This document shows, in pieces, positions 37,720 to 46,754 of a DNA stretch of 64,000 bases (the stretch's first letter is position 1; each line of letters begins with the position of its first letter). Origin of the DNA: Candidatus Falkowbacteria bacterium (GTDB lineage: Bacteria > Patescibacteriota > Patescibacteriia > UBA11705 > JABHMO01); contig JABHAL010000001.1 of assembly GCA_018674305.1 (NCBI GenBank), forward strand, positions 68,635 to 132,634. Direction: 5' to 3'. Under the pieces are notes generated by a model that searched no databases, was not told the origin of the DNA, and saw only the letters and a program-made list of their open reading frames with translations. The position numbers and the translations under genes are program-made.

Positions 37720-37746
37720 TTAGCAGTCCTGTCAAGAGACTGCTAA
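37720..37746. promoter_or_regulatory. CIRCE operator variant overlapping the hrcA -35 box
   Basis: TTAGCAGTC-N9-GACTGCTAA; minus-strand TTGACA lies inside the spacer. Confidence 0.88.
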
Positions 37747-37764
37747 TTATCTATCCACAAAAAG

Positions 37765-37799
37765 AAAAGTCGCTTCGATATTGTATCGAAGCGACTTTT
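37765..37799. terminator. Intrinsic terminator
   Basis: aaaagtcgcttcgata-ttg-tatcgaagcgactttt. Confidence 0.85.
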
Positions 37800-37808
37800 A
37801 GTCATCAC

Positions 37809-38573
37809 TTAATTTCGGTAGAAGAATGGCTCAGGTCCGTTTGGACCTACCCAATCGTAGTCTACCCAACCAGAATCGGTGTAGACCTTTGGGCAATGTT
37901 CATTGTTAACAGACCACTTTAAACCAGTTGAGATTACTCGATCACAGACCCTCTCAGTGAAGTTGCCAGTATGTCGAGCAAAATCCTCTGTTTCCACGCC
38001 TTCAACGGTGACCATTGCGCCTGAAATCTCATATGTGGCGTTGATGTATCCGTCGCAATCAGAGTCTAACATATACCCATTCTGACAGGTATCACCTGTT
38101 TCAGGATAAACCGCACCAAGGCACTCCTCTGCCCAGATACAATCTGGTTGGCAAAACCGTGTACCGAATTCGCAGGCTCCAACTGTAGTGGCACCGCAAA
38201 TCCGCATATCTCCAGGTTCACATTGACGTCTTTCGTCATAACAAGACTCAGGCTGTGAACGCTTGTCCATCGCCTGAAGAGCTGTTCCAAGTGCAAGTAA
38301 ATCTACTGCCTTGTGACCAGCTCCCTTTGAGCAGTCACACTTACCAGGCACACCCTTCTTACCGGTGTCTCCACGCAGAAGATTTCGGAGCTCAGGATCA
38401 TTTTGCAGGTCCTGTTTCAAAGCCTTAATCAACTCCTGTTGAGATGATTGATTCTCCTTAAGATCGTAAACTACCCCCTTGAGAATTGACACCTCCCGTG
38501 TTGTCAGGATAAGGCTTACTCCAGACACACAAAACAGAACCAAAAGAACTGCAATAATACCCTCTTTCATCAT
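37809..38573 (-). CDS. Membrane-anchored Cys-rich protein (coiled coil, short GXY stretch, one repeat unit)
   Basis: TM helix; RGDTGKKGVPG; CEPGDMRICG..VGACEFG; LDSDCDG; promoter TTGACA-17-TATAAT at 38648-38620. Confidence 0.75.
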   Translation of the reverse strand: MMKEGIIAVLLVLFCVSGVSLILTTREVSILKGVVYDLKENQSSQQELIKALKQDLQNDPELRNLLRGDTGKKGVPGKCDCSKGAGHKAVDLLALGTALQAMDKRSQPESCYDERRQCEPGDMRICGATTVGACEFGTRFCQPDCIWAEECLGAVYPETGDTCQNGYMLDSDCDGYINATYEISGAMVTVEGVETEDFARHTGNFTERVCDRVISTGLKWSVNNEHCPKVYTDSGWVDYDWVGPNGPEPFFYRN

Positions 38574-38737
38574 CTCCCCCTTTTCAATCAAGTTTATTAT
38601 TCCAAATTGCTATCATTGCATTATAGCATGTTTTTATTAATTTGTCAATACCCAGTGGCTAAATTTACACAAAAAATGAGCAGAACTGCTCATTTTTGAC
38701 TTATGCGGCCCTATTAATTCAACTTTACAGAAATCAA

Positions 38738-38762
38738 GGGTAGAACAATGTTCTGCCCCTAC
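38738..38762 (-). repeat. GTAG-type REP element supplying a stop codon
   Basis: GTAG-GGGCAGAACA-t-TGTTCTACCC; direct repeat actttacag at 38722-38730 and 38761-38769. Confidence 0.7.
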
Positions 38763-40615
38763 TTTACAGGGCCATCCTTTAACTTACCTTTATTATCGTA
38801 AATCAACTTGGTGGTTACAGCACCCAAATTTTTAGTAATAACATTACCTGTAACTTTATCCGTACCACGAACACTAACATCCGTTAAAAGTGCTGGATAA
38901 CTCCCCTGTTGAGATGCGGTGGGAACAATGGCGACCTGAAAAGCAAAGCCAAGATTATAGGCATCTACTGAAACTTGAGAAATGTTCCAGGTTATAGTTT
39001 TATCCTCTGAATTATAAATAATAGGATCGCCAACTGGAACATTGCTTTCATCCAACCAAACCACATTAAATGGCAGTTTCGCTGAGACCGTAGCATTCTC
39101 AACATCATTAATATCATTAATCATTTTAGCAAAAATCCAATACTTAGTTTCTTTGCCTACTCGCGGTGGAATAGGACCACGGCCAAGCTGATCGCCAGTC
39201 GCAGCATAATACATTGGATAAGCTTGAACTGACAAGTTAGAATTCAACTTTTCACTTTGACTCAAACCCTGAATTTCTACTTCCTGACCTTCAACCTTAA
39301 ATCGATATTTCAAACCACTAGTTAAACTAATACTCTGACTACCACTAACATATTCACGGGTAGCTAGAGTTAATTTCAAAGATTTAGTTTCCTTTGGCTG
39401 AACCAACGCCAGAGATGGATTTTGTTTATAATCCCAAATGACTGTTTTGTTTTTACTATCAATTACAACTTCTTGATCGGCCTCTGTCTTGCTGACTTGC
39501 CAATAATCCCCTGAAAGTTGCAATTCAATATGTAAATTCTCAATTGTATATTTACCTTGATTAGAATATGTAACGGTCACAGGCACGCTTTCTCCAGGAG
39601 TAACAGCTTCTTCTACTTCCACATCATAAACAATACTGAACTCAGGATCAAAAATTTGTTCTTGTTTTTGTATTCTAGCCTGGACTAATTCTCTATTTTC
39701 CTCATGCCAAACCACATTTAATTGAACGTCAACATTTTCTTTATCTGTATAGGCAGTGTGTCCAATTACAAAGTCTGATTTCTGCCCAGGCCCGAAATCA
39801 CTGATAGACCAACCATCATGTGAGCCAATCGGTTGATCATCCCACATTGGTTGAAGTTCAACATATTCATATGTAATATCTGCGCTAGTGTTTTCTAAAT
39901 GAACCGGCCAAGTAAATATTTGGCCTTTAACTAATTTGTCTGGTAAATCTGAGCTTAAATCCAAATAGCTATCAACAATACTGAATTTAAATATTTCGCT
40001 TTCAGAAAACTGACCCCACAAACGATCATTCTTTTTGTTCGTTTTATAAAAATTGGAACTAACAAATAAAAGCTGTTCGTCATCAATATCACCCCAAACC
40101 TGTCCACTAACTTCTATTTTACCATTTGCGCCAGCCTCTAAATTGCCTAGTTCAATAACATTATGTTCAAAATCATATTCTGCCCGTGAAACCTCATCCA
40201 ATTCAAAATATTCAGGATATCGGAAACTCATTACAAAATCCTGCAATTCAAATTTATTATCATTAGCATAATTAATTTCAAAAGTTACTTGTTGGCCACT
40301 GGTCAATTCAGTACTCGGTGCGGTAATTTCTAAATTTAATTTATTTGTAAAATAATGAAATCCACCCCACAGCCAAAATATATTCAAGCCAATCAAAACC
40401 AAAACTCCGGCCGCAATGACTAAATCCATTAATAAATGTTTTTTATTGAATTTGTATCTCACATGCCAGCGCTTTTTCAATTTCTTGTGAGGATACGTAA
40501 AAATGTTTACAATCACATTTTTTTTGCCTGCTTTTTCTGCCGCCCTGATAATATCTTCTTCGATTTTTTCTAAATCATCTGGAGCGTCGATGTTAATTTG
40601 TTTGTTTTTTGTCAT
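38759..40615 (-). CDS. Membrane-anchored Ig-like multi-domain protein
   Basis: One TM, beta-rich repeats, GPIPPRVGKETKYWI motif. Confidence 0.75.
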   Translation of the reverse strand: MTKNKQINIDAPDDLEKIEEDIIRAAEKAGKKNVIVNIFTYPHKKLKKRWHVRYKFNKKHLLMDLVIAAGVLVLIGLNIFWLWGGFHYFTNKLNLEITAPSTELTSGQQVTFEINYANDNKFELQDFVMSFRYPEYFELDEVSRAEYDFEHNVIELGNLEAGANGKIEVSGQVWGDIDDEQLLFVSSNFYKTNKKNDRLWGQFSESEIFKFSIVDSYLDLSSDLPDKLVKGQIFTWPVHLENTSADITYEYVELQPMWDDQPIGSHDGWSISDFGPGQKSDFVIGHTAYTDKENVDVQLNVVWHEENRELVQARIQKQEQIFDPEFSIVYDVEVEEAVTPGESVPVTVTYSNQGKYTIENLHIELQLSGDYWQVSKTEADQEVVIDSKNKTVIWDYKQNPSLALVQPKETKSLKLTLATREYVSGSQSISLTSGLKYRFKVEGQEVEIQGLSQSEKLNSNLSVQAYPMYYAATGDQLGRGPIPPRVGKETKYWIFAKMINDINDVENATVSAKLPFNVVWLDESNVPVGDPIIYNSEDKTITWNISQVSVDAYNLGFAFQVAIVPTASQQGSYPALLTDVSVRGTDKVTGNVITKNLGAVTTKLIYDNKGKLKDGPVK

Positions 40616-40674
40616 ATGGCTTGATTTAAGTTATAAGTAGTAAGTTGTAAGCAATAAATATTAAGTGTTAAGTT

Positions 40675-41310
40675 TCATGCTTCATTTTCTTCAACTATTT
40701 CGTACCGTTCTGCCACCTGATTTAAATAAAGACACATAGTATCTGCTTTACGTGTTAAAATTATTCTGACTGCGTCTGCAAATTTGCTATAACTAAATCC
40801 CTGAATGATAAAAACACTATCATCAAACTTATAACGCACCTTCATACCTTTTTCAAAAACACGCACTCCAACCTTAATACTGTCCGTCTCCATAGGAAAT
40901 TCTTCGTCTTTGGCATAATCACCTTGGAGTTTAATAATTTGTTCCCTAAACAGTAAAAGTTCTCTCCCTGTATTTACCTTGTGCACACCATTATCAATAT
41001 CTTCAACAACACCCACTTCACCATTACCAGCTGTATCCAAATAGACTACCAGATCGTCCACTTTAACTTCTGGCAAAGGATCTTTGGTTTCAATAAACCT
41101 AACGATCTGTTCCTTCTTGACGATATAATCTCGCAAAACCTGAAGAGCGCCCTTGCCTCCCTCTTCAGCTTTCACCTTAAGCTCAGCAAAACCCAAACCA
41201 CCTGAAATCACTTCCAACTCAGACATCAATCTATCAAAATGCGCTTGCTGAACTTCAGTGAAGTTAGCGTGGAGTGAGCGTTCCGTTAAATTTTGCTCTG
41301 AGCTAATCAT
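40675..41310 (-). CDS. Array paralogue 7: conserved N-module plus KOW/SH3-like C-terminus
   Basis: SLHANFTEVQQAHFDRLMSELEVISGGLGFAELK. Confidence 0.85.
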   Translation of the reverse strand: MISSEQNLTERSLHANFTEVQQAHFDRLMSELEVISGGLGFAELKVKAEEGGKGALQVLRDYIVKKEQIVRFIETKDPLPEVKVDDLVVYLDTAGNGEVGVVEDIDNGVHKVNTGRELLLFREQIIKLQGDYAKDEEFPMETDSIKVGVRVFEKGMKVRYKFDDSVFIIQGFSYSKFADAVRIILTRKADTMCLYLNQVAERYEIVEENEA

Positions 41311-41381
41311 AAATGTCGAATATAATAAAAAATAAATTTTTGATAATTAAAACGATTTGATCAATGGACATGAAATATACT

Positions 41382-42149
41382 TTACTCGATCCTTTCAAAA
41401 GCACCCGACATTAAATCCACTCGACCTGTCCCAATAATATCTGGTCCATCCGGCATAACAAATTTCATTGCTACAGCAACATAATTTTCAGGAGCCCCAG
41501 AAGCAACAACAACATCATGCCCTTCCACAAAGCCAATCACCTCCACAGAAGTTGATTTTACATATACATTTTGTGGACCAACTGACTTTACAAAGTCCTG
41601 CTTGTATTTAAATTTATCACCAACACTAATACCTTTATAAGACTGCATATCAAGTGGTGTATATACATTACCAGGCAATTCAGTTGCTGCTATGTATTTA
41701 ACTTTCCCATTTTCTAACTCATCCCAAGTATGAAATCTTGCCAAAGATTTACTATCCAAAAGCTGAGGAACACTCTCACTCTCCCCTAATACATAAATGT
41801 CATCCCCATGTCCAAAAGAAACTACTTTGAAACGCTTTCCATATAATTCCGGATGAGATTCCAAGTCAATACAAATGACTTCATCATTCTCTTTTATTTC
41901 ACCCTTTACTAGCGGTATTTCTTTCTTTTCAATAAACTCAACTATCTGCTCTTTCTTGGCGACATAATCTCGCATTACTTGAAGTGTTTTTTTATCACCC
42001 GCCTCAGCCTTCGCTTTTAGCTCAGCAAAACCCAAACCACCAGAAAGTTGTTCCAACTCAGACATTAATCTATCAAAATGCGATTGCTGAACTTCAGTGA
42101 AGTTAGCTTGGAGTGATTTTTCAGTTAGTTGTTGTTCGGGGTTTAACAT
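41382..42149 (-). CDS. Array paralogue 6 (C-terminus homologous to paralogue 3)
   Basis: N-module; VYTPLDMQSY..VGDKFKY. Confidence 0.85.
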   Translation of the reverse strand: MLNPEQQLTEKSLQANFTEVQQSHFDRLMSELEQLSGGLGFAELKAKAEAGDKKTLQVMRDYVAKKEQIVEFIEKKEIPLVKGEIKENDEVICIDLESHPELYGKRFKVVSFGHGDDIYVLGESESVPQLLDSKSLARFHTWDELENGKVKYIAATELPGNVYTPLDMQSYKGISVGDKFKYKQDFVKSVGPQNVYVKSTSVEVIGFVEGHDVVVASGAPENYVAVAMKFVMPDGPDIIGTGRVDLMSGAFERIE

Positions 42150-42163
42150 ATATTTGATGTTAA

Positions 42164-42874
42164 TTATTTTTCTATAAACAATTGTTTAAATCCTTCCACA
42201 GAACGATACGTTCTTAATGCCAAGCTCCCATCGGGAGATTGAACAGTATACAAAACCTTTACTCTAGAATATTTATCACTCCAACCAAACGATGTAATAA
42301 CTATTTTGCTACCAGAAATAATTTTAGGCCCAGTCCCATTGGATTTATAGTCTTTTCCTGTTTCCAACCCACGCCAACTATTCTTCGCTACTATATTTAC
42401 TAATTCTTTAGTCACTCCGACTTGTTCAAATCTGTCAGTAAGTTTTATCACCTGGTCTGCTAGTACTCTAAGTACTCGGCCATTATTATATTCTATCCTT
42501 AAAATCACACCACTCCGAGGACTCTCAACCTCAACTACTTCTGCAGGAAATGGCTCGCCATAAGTAGCGGATACTACCATTACGCTATCCCCAGCACGAA
42601 ACTCTTCATCATATTCCTCAATTCCACTCAAGCCAACTAATTCTTTAGTCTCAATAAACTCCACAATCTGCTCTTTCTTCGCGACATAATCCCGCATCAC
42701 CTGAAGTGCTTCTTTCTCACCTGCCTCAGCCTTCGCTTTTAGCTCAGCAAAACCTAACCCACCCGAAATCACTTCCAACTCAGACATTAATTTATCAAAG
42801 TGCGCTTGCTGAACTTCAGTGAAGTTAGCGTGCAAAGATTTTTCTGTTAGTTGCTGAGTCTCTAGATTAATCAT
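42164..42874 (-). CDS. Array paralogue 5
   Basis: N-module; FRAGDSVMV. Confidence 0.85.
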   Translation of the reverse strand: MINLETQQLTEKSLHANFTEVQQAHFDKLMSELEVISGGLGFAELKAKAEAGEKEALQVMRDYVAKKEQIVEFIETKELVGLSGIEEYDEEFRAGDSVMVVSATYGEPFPAEVVEVESPRSGVILRIEYNNGRVLRVLADQVIKLTDRFEQVGVTKELVNIVAKNSWRGLETGKDYKSNGTGPKIISGSKIVITSFGWSDKYSRVKVLYTVQSPDGSLALRTYRSVEGFKQLFIEK

Positions 42875-44145
42875 AGTTGTTTTTCTCCAAAAATTTTCAT
42901 ATTACCACGTTTATATGTAACCATTATTTTACCATCATTCATAACCGAAAAACCTGAAGCTTCTTCACCCACTTTAAAACTGGCACCCGTATCAATAATT
43001 TTATTGTTTGCAATAGAAAAAACTTCGATTTCTCCTCCTTCCGTCAGAACCATGATCTGACCATTTGGAGATGTGACAACTTCTACGAATTTATCCATAT
43101 CAAGACGATCATAGAGGTTTCTATCTACTTCTTCACCAGTCTTGGAATCAATCAACACTATTCCACAATATTCTAGCGCATCCGGTATATCTTCATCTTC
43201 ATCAACATACCAATTCACAGCGGCTGCAATATACTTTTCATCTACAGGAGCCAAATCAACTACCTGACGACATAATTTATCAAGGTCGGACTCATTGATG
43301 TCATCATCTGAAATTTTAGTTTCCCATTTGCGCTCTTTTGGTTTACTTTTATCAACACAAATAATATTTTCATGACCATACGAATCAGTAAGAACAACCT
43401 GTGTATCATTTAATCTAGTTATATTACTAGGCTCAAAATAAGAGTCCCCCTCTATAAGAATTGATTCATCTCCTGAGAAATCAATAAAATAAAGTATCCC
43501 CTTTTCATTTCCCTTACTAATGACTGCACAATTATCTTTATTTAAACTCACTCCATCAACAAATTTTTCCTTATTTATTGGGTGATTAGGATCAATAGCA
43601 AGCACTCCAAACCTTGACCAATGTGAACCATTTTTTTTCCATTCCAATCGATATAACTTACCCCTTTCGGAAACACACAAACAATTCCCAGGCTCTACTG
43701 GTATTAACCTACTAATGTCCGTGTCTATACTTTTAACTTTTTCAATTTGAAAATCATCTGACCGAACTACACTGATATAATCTTTTGAATCCCCCAATTC
43801 AAAATCTAAAACAAGCATTTCTGAACCTGGTGCCTTAAAAACCTTAGCTCGTGAACCTTTTTTTTCATAATCGTTAAGCTCTTCAAACTTATTCCAATTG
43901 ATCTTAAAATCAAACAAGTTCTTAGTCTCAATAAACTCAACAATCTGTTCTTTCTTCGCGACATAATCCCTCATTACTTGAAGCGCTTCTTTATCACCAG
44001 CTTCAGCCTTCGTTTTTAACTCTGCAAAACCCAATCCATCTGAAATCACTTCCAACTCAGACATTAATCTATCAAAATACGCTTGCTGAACTTCAGTGAA
44101 GTTAGCCTTGAGTGATTTCTCTTGTAATTGTTCTAGACTTTTCAT
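42871..44145 (-). CDS. Array paralogue 4: N-module plus beta-propeller-like C-terminus
   Basis: N-module; beta-rich repeats (SPNGQIMV, MNDGKIMV); ATGA overlap with the next gene. Confidence 0.85.
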   Translation of the reverse strand: MKSLEQLQEKSLKANFTEVQQAYFDRLMSELEVISDGLGFAELKTKAEAGDKEALQVMRDYVAKKEQIVEFIETKNLFDFKINWNKFEELNDYEKKGSRAKVFKAPGSEMLVLDFELGDSKDYISVVRSDDFQIEKVKSIDTDISRLIPVEPGNCLCVSERGKLYRLEWKKNGSHWSRFGVLAIDPNHPINKEKFVDGVSLNKDNCAVISKGNEKGILYFIDFSGDESILIEGDSYFEPSNITRLNDTQVVLTDSYGHENIICVDKSKPKERKWETKISDDDINESDLDKLCRQVVDLAPVDEKYIAAAVNWYVDEDEDIPDALEYCGIVLIDSKTGEEVDRNLYDRLDMDKFVEVVTSPNGQIMVLTEGGEIEVFSIANNKIIDTGASFKVGEEASGFSVMNDGKIMVTYKRGNMKIFGEKQL

Positions 44146-44237
44146 GAAGCTTATTTATTGGTTATTCTATACTGTATATTGGGTATTAGGTATTTGGTAT
44201 TATGTATCGGTTATGGGTATTCAGAGATTAATAAACG

Positions 44238-45014
44238 CTACGCGATTCTTTCCAAAGCCTTAACCATTTTTGCCACATTACCAGCTTCCACCTCAATTGT
44301 TCCATCCGGCATGGTAAATCTCATTGCCGCAGCTACAAAATTTTCCGGCTCTCCCGCTAGCACAAAAACATTATTTGACCGAACAAAACCAATAATTTCT
44401 ATCAGTTCAGCATCAACAAAACTATGGTTTGCGCTTACTGCTTCTTTGAATTTTTCTGTGTATCTAAATTTATCTCCAATCCTGACATTCATATATGCTT
44501 GCATATCTAATGGTGTATAAACCATTCCCCTAACATCAGTTGAATTTATTAATCTAGCAACGCCTTTATCCAATTCTTTTATGCTATAAAATCTGGCGAT
44601 ATTATTTATTGAAGTTTCGTAACCATGAAAAGTGCTTTGTCCAACAAATTTCGCAATTCCATTTTCGAGTTCAGACACTCCATATTTTTTTCCATAATTT
44701 TCATCTTCAGGATTAATAACCAGCACAAGATCACTAACTTTAATTTCACCCTTTATTGTAGGAAATTTTTCAAAAACTGTTTTTTTTGTCTCGATAAACT
44801 CCACGACCTCCTCTTTCTTCGCAATATAATCACGCATTACCTGAAGAGCCTCTTTGCTACCCGCTTCAGCTTTTTCTTTTAACTCAGAAAAACCTAAACC
44901 ACCCGAAATCACTTCCAACTCAGACATTAATCTATCAAAATACGCTTGCTGAACTTCAGTGAAGTTAGCTTTGAGTGCATTTGATTGTAGTTCTGTTTCA
45001 AATTTCATACTCAT
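44238..45014 (-). CDS. Array paralogue 3
   Basis: Start at an ATGA overlap (MSMKFETE); N-module; VYTPLDMQAY..IGDKFRY. Confidence 0.85.
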   Translation of the reverse strand: MSMKFETELQSNALKANFTEVQQAYFDRLMSELEVISGGLGFSELKEKAEAGSKEALQVMRDYIAKKEEVVEFIETKKTVFEKFPTIKGEIKVSDLVLVINPEDENYGKKYGVSELENGIAKFVGQSTFHGYETSINNIARFYSIKELDKGVARLINSTDVRGMVYTPLDMQAYMNVRIGDKFRYTEKFKEAVSANHSFVDAELIEIIGFVRSNNVFVLAGEPENFVAAAMRFTMPDGTIEVEAGNVAKMVKALERIA

Positions 45015-45706
45015 AGGTCGCGGAGTTGTTTTTTTACTACTCCAATTTCCCAAACTATATGTGTCTTATTATTATTATCCCGGAATCTTACAAAAAGAGC
45101 CCCCTCTCTATATAAAAAATTTTCAATTAGCACTCCTTTTGGTAGAATCGTCTTAAAAGTTAAGTCAGTCACCATATTTTGACCAATTTTAATTCCATCC
45201 ACCTCCCTAAAATCAAGGATTTCATATTCAACTGCCCCATTGTCGATCATTTCGCCAGTTAACCGCATGCAATTTTCGCTTTTCGGTATCTTGATGCCAA
45301 CACCGCCACCAATATTGTATCGGACCCTAACAGTTTCTGGTTCTGGAAAGGATTCAACGACACCACCATCATGATAATGATTTTTAAGTTTTCCGGTACG
45401 ATGATCTCTTTCCACTTCTTTAACTACAACTCGGTCACCAATTTTAAGATTTTTTTCTCGGAGAACTTCTGGAACTTCTTTAGTTTCAATAAACTGCACA
45501 ATCTGCTCTTTCTTGGCGACATAATCTCGCATTACTTGAAGAGCCTCTTTGCTGCCCGCTTCAGCTTTCGCTTTCAGTTCAGCAAAACCTAAGCCATCCG
45601 AGATTACTTCCAACTCAGACATTAATCTATCAAAATGCGCTTGCTGAACTTCGGTGAAGTTAGCGTGGAGGGATTTTTCAGTTAGATTTTGTTCTAGAGT
45701 TAACAT
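45011..45706 (-). CDS. Array paralogue 2
   Basis: N-module; LKIGDRVVV. Confidence 0.85.
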   Translation of the reverse strand: MLTLEQNLTEKSLHANFTEVQQAHFDRLMSELEVISDGLGFAELKAKAEAGSKEALQVMRDYVAKKEQIVQFIETKEVPEVLREKNLKIGDRVVVKEVERDHRTGKLKNHYHDGGVVESFPEPETVRVRYNIGGGVGIKIPKSENCMRLTGEMIDNGAVEYEILDFREVDGIKIGQNMVTDLTFKTILPKGVLIENFLYREGALFVRFRDNNNKTHIVWEIGVVKKQLRDL

Positions 45707-45764
45707 ACTTTGTTTTTGTTACGTAATATGTGATATGTGTTATGTGCTCCGGGATACGCGATTT

Positions 45765-46457
45765 TCACTTCGTTCTACCTTTCTTCTTATTACCTTTCAA
45801 CTCATATTGCTCATTAAACATTTGTAATGTCATCGATTCCCAAACTCGTTTACCTTTTAGATGCCGATCAACAAATAGTAAAATCTCATATACTCCTACA
45901 ACAAAATGATGAATAACCGCCTGCCCGCTACCTGACGTCTCGTTATATCTTTTGTATAATTCTAATCCACCAAATTCCTCTCGATCCAAAACTCTTACTT
46001 CTTCGCCAAAAAATTGCCTTAAAGAACTATTATTAACATCATCACTATAACGAGAAATCTCATTAACATCAAAGCCAACTAGAAAATTATGCATCCCCGA
46101 ACAACGAACATGCTCGCCTTTCTCATCAACCTCTTCTACCACCCCTGTTTTACCATAAAATTGCTGTCGGTTTTTACAATAAACAATATGATCACCAGGC
46201 ACATATTTGATTTCCGCATTGACAACTTCTTTATTCTCTATAAATTCTACAATCTGTTCCTTCTTGGCGACATAATCCCGCATAACCTGAAGCGCTTCTT
46301 TATCACCTGCCTCAGCCTTCGCTTTAAGCTCAGCAAAACCTAATCCACCAGAAATTTGTTCCAACTCAGACATTAATCTATCAAAATAAATTTGCTGGAC
46401 TTCGGTAAAGTTAGCTTTTAGGGATTTCTCTTGAAATTGTTGCATTTCTCGTGACAT
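45765..46457 (-). CDS. Array paralogue 1
   Basis: N-module; YVPGDHIVY..YGKTGVV (KOW-like). Confidence 0.85.
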   Translation of the reverse strand: MSREMQQFQEKSLKANFTEVQQIYFDRLMSELEQISGGLGFAELKAKAEAGDKEALQVMRDYVAKKEQIVEFIENKEVVNAEIKYVPGDHIVYCKNRQQFYGKTGVVEEVDEKGEHVRCSGMHNFLVGFDVNEISRYSDDVNNSSLRQFFGEEVRVLDREEFGGLELYKRYNETSGSGQAVIHHFVVGVYEILLFVDRHLKGKRVWESMTLQMFNEQYELKGNKKKGRTK

Positions 46458-46459
46458 AT

Positions 46460-46738
46460 TTAATCCTTCAGTCGATTAATAATTATTAAACCTGCAATAT
46501 ACAAAAAAACCGGCTTGATAAATAAGATCAATAACCCAAGTCCACTACCGCCAAGTTTAACTAACCCAGTTCTTTCCGCTCCGAATACAGGACTACCCAT
46601 AATCCGGTTAACAATCAAAGTCATCCAAAGAAAAACAACCAATGATAACAAAACCAAAAGAGTCATTTTTGTGTGCTGAGTTAAGTAATATCTACTTAAT
46701 GTTTTGATGTAAAGTTTGTATTTTTGAAATTTACCCAT
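46460..46738 (-). CDS. Small 2-TM membrane protein
   Basis: Two hydrophobic helices, tightly packed in the operon. Confidence 0.65.
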   Translation of the reverse strand: MGKFQKYKLYIKTLSRYYLTQHTKMTLLVLLSLVVFLWMTLIVNRIMGSPVFGAERTGLVKLGGSGLGLLILFIKPVFLYIAGLIIINRLKD

Positions 46739-46754
46739 ATATTTTACTGATTAA

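Noticed and set aside
40675-46457. Paralogue array as an integron or classical polymorphic toxin locus
   Set aside because: No integrase, attC-like sites, interspersed immunity-sized ORFs or recognisable toxin motifs
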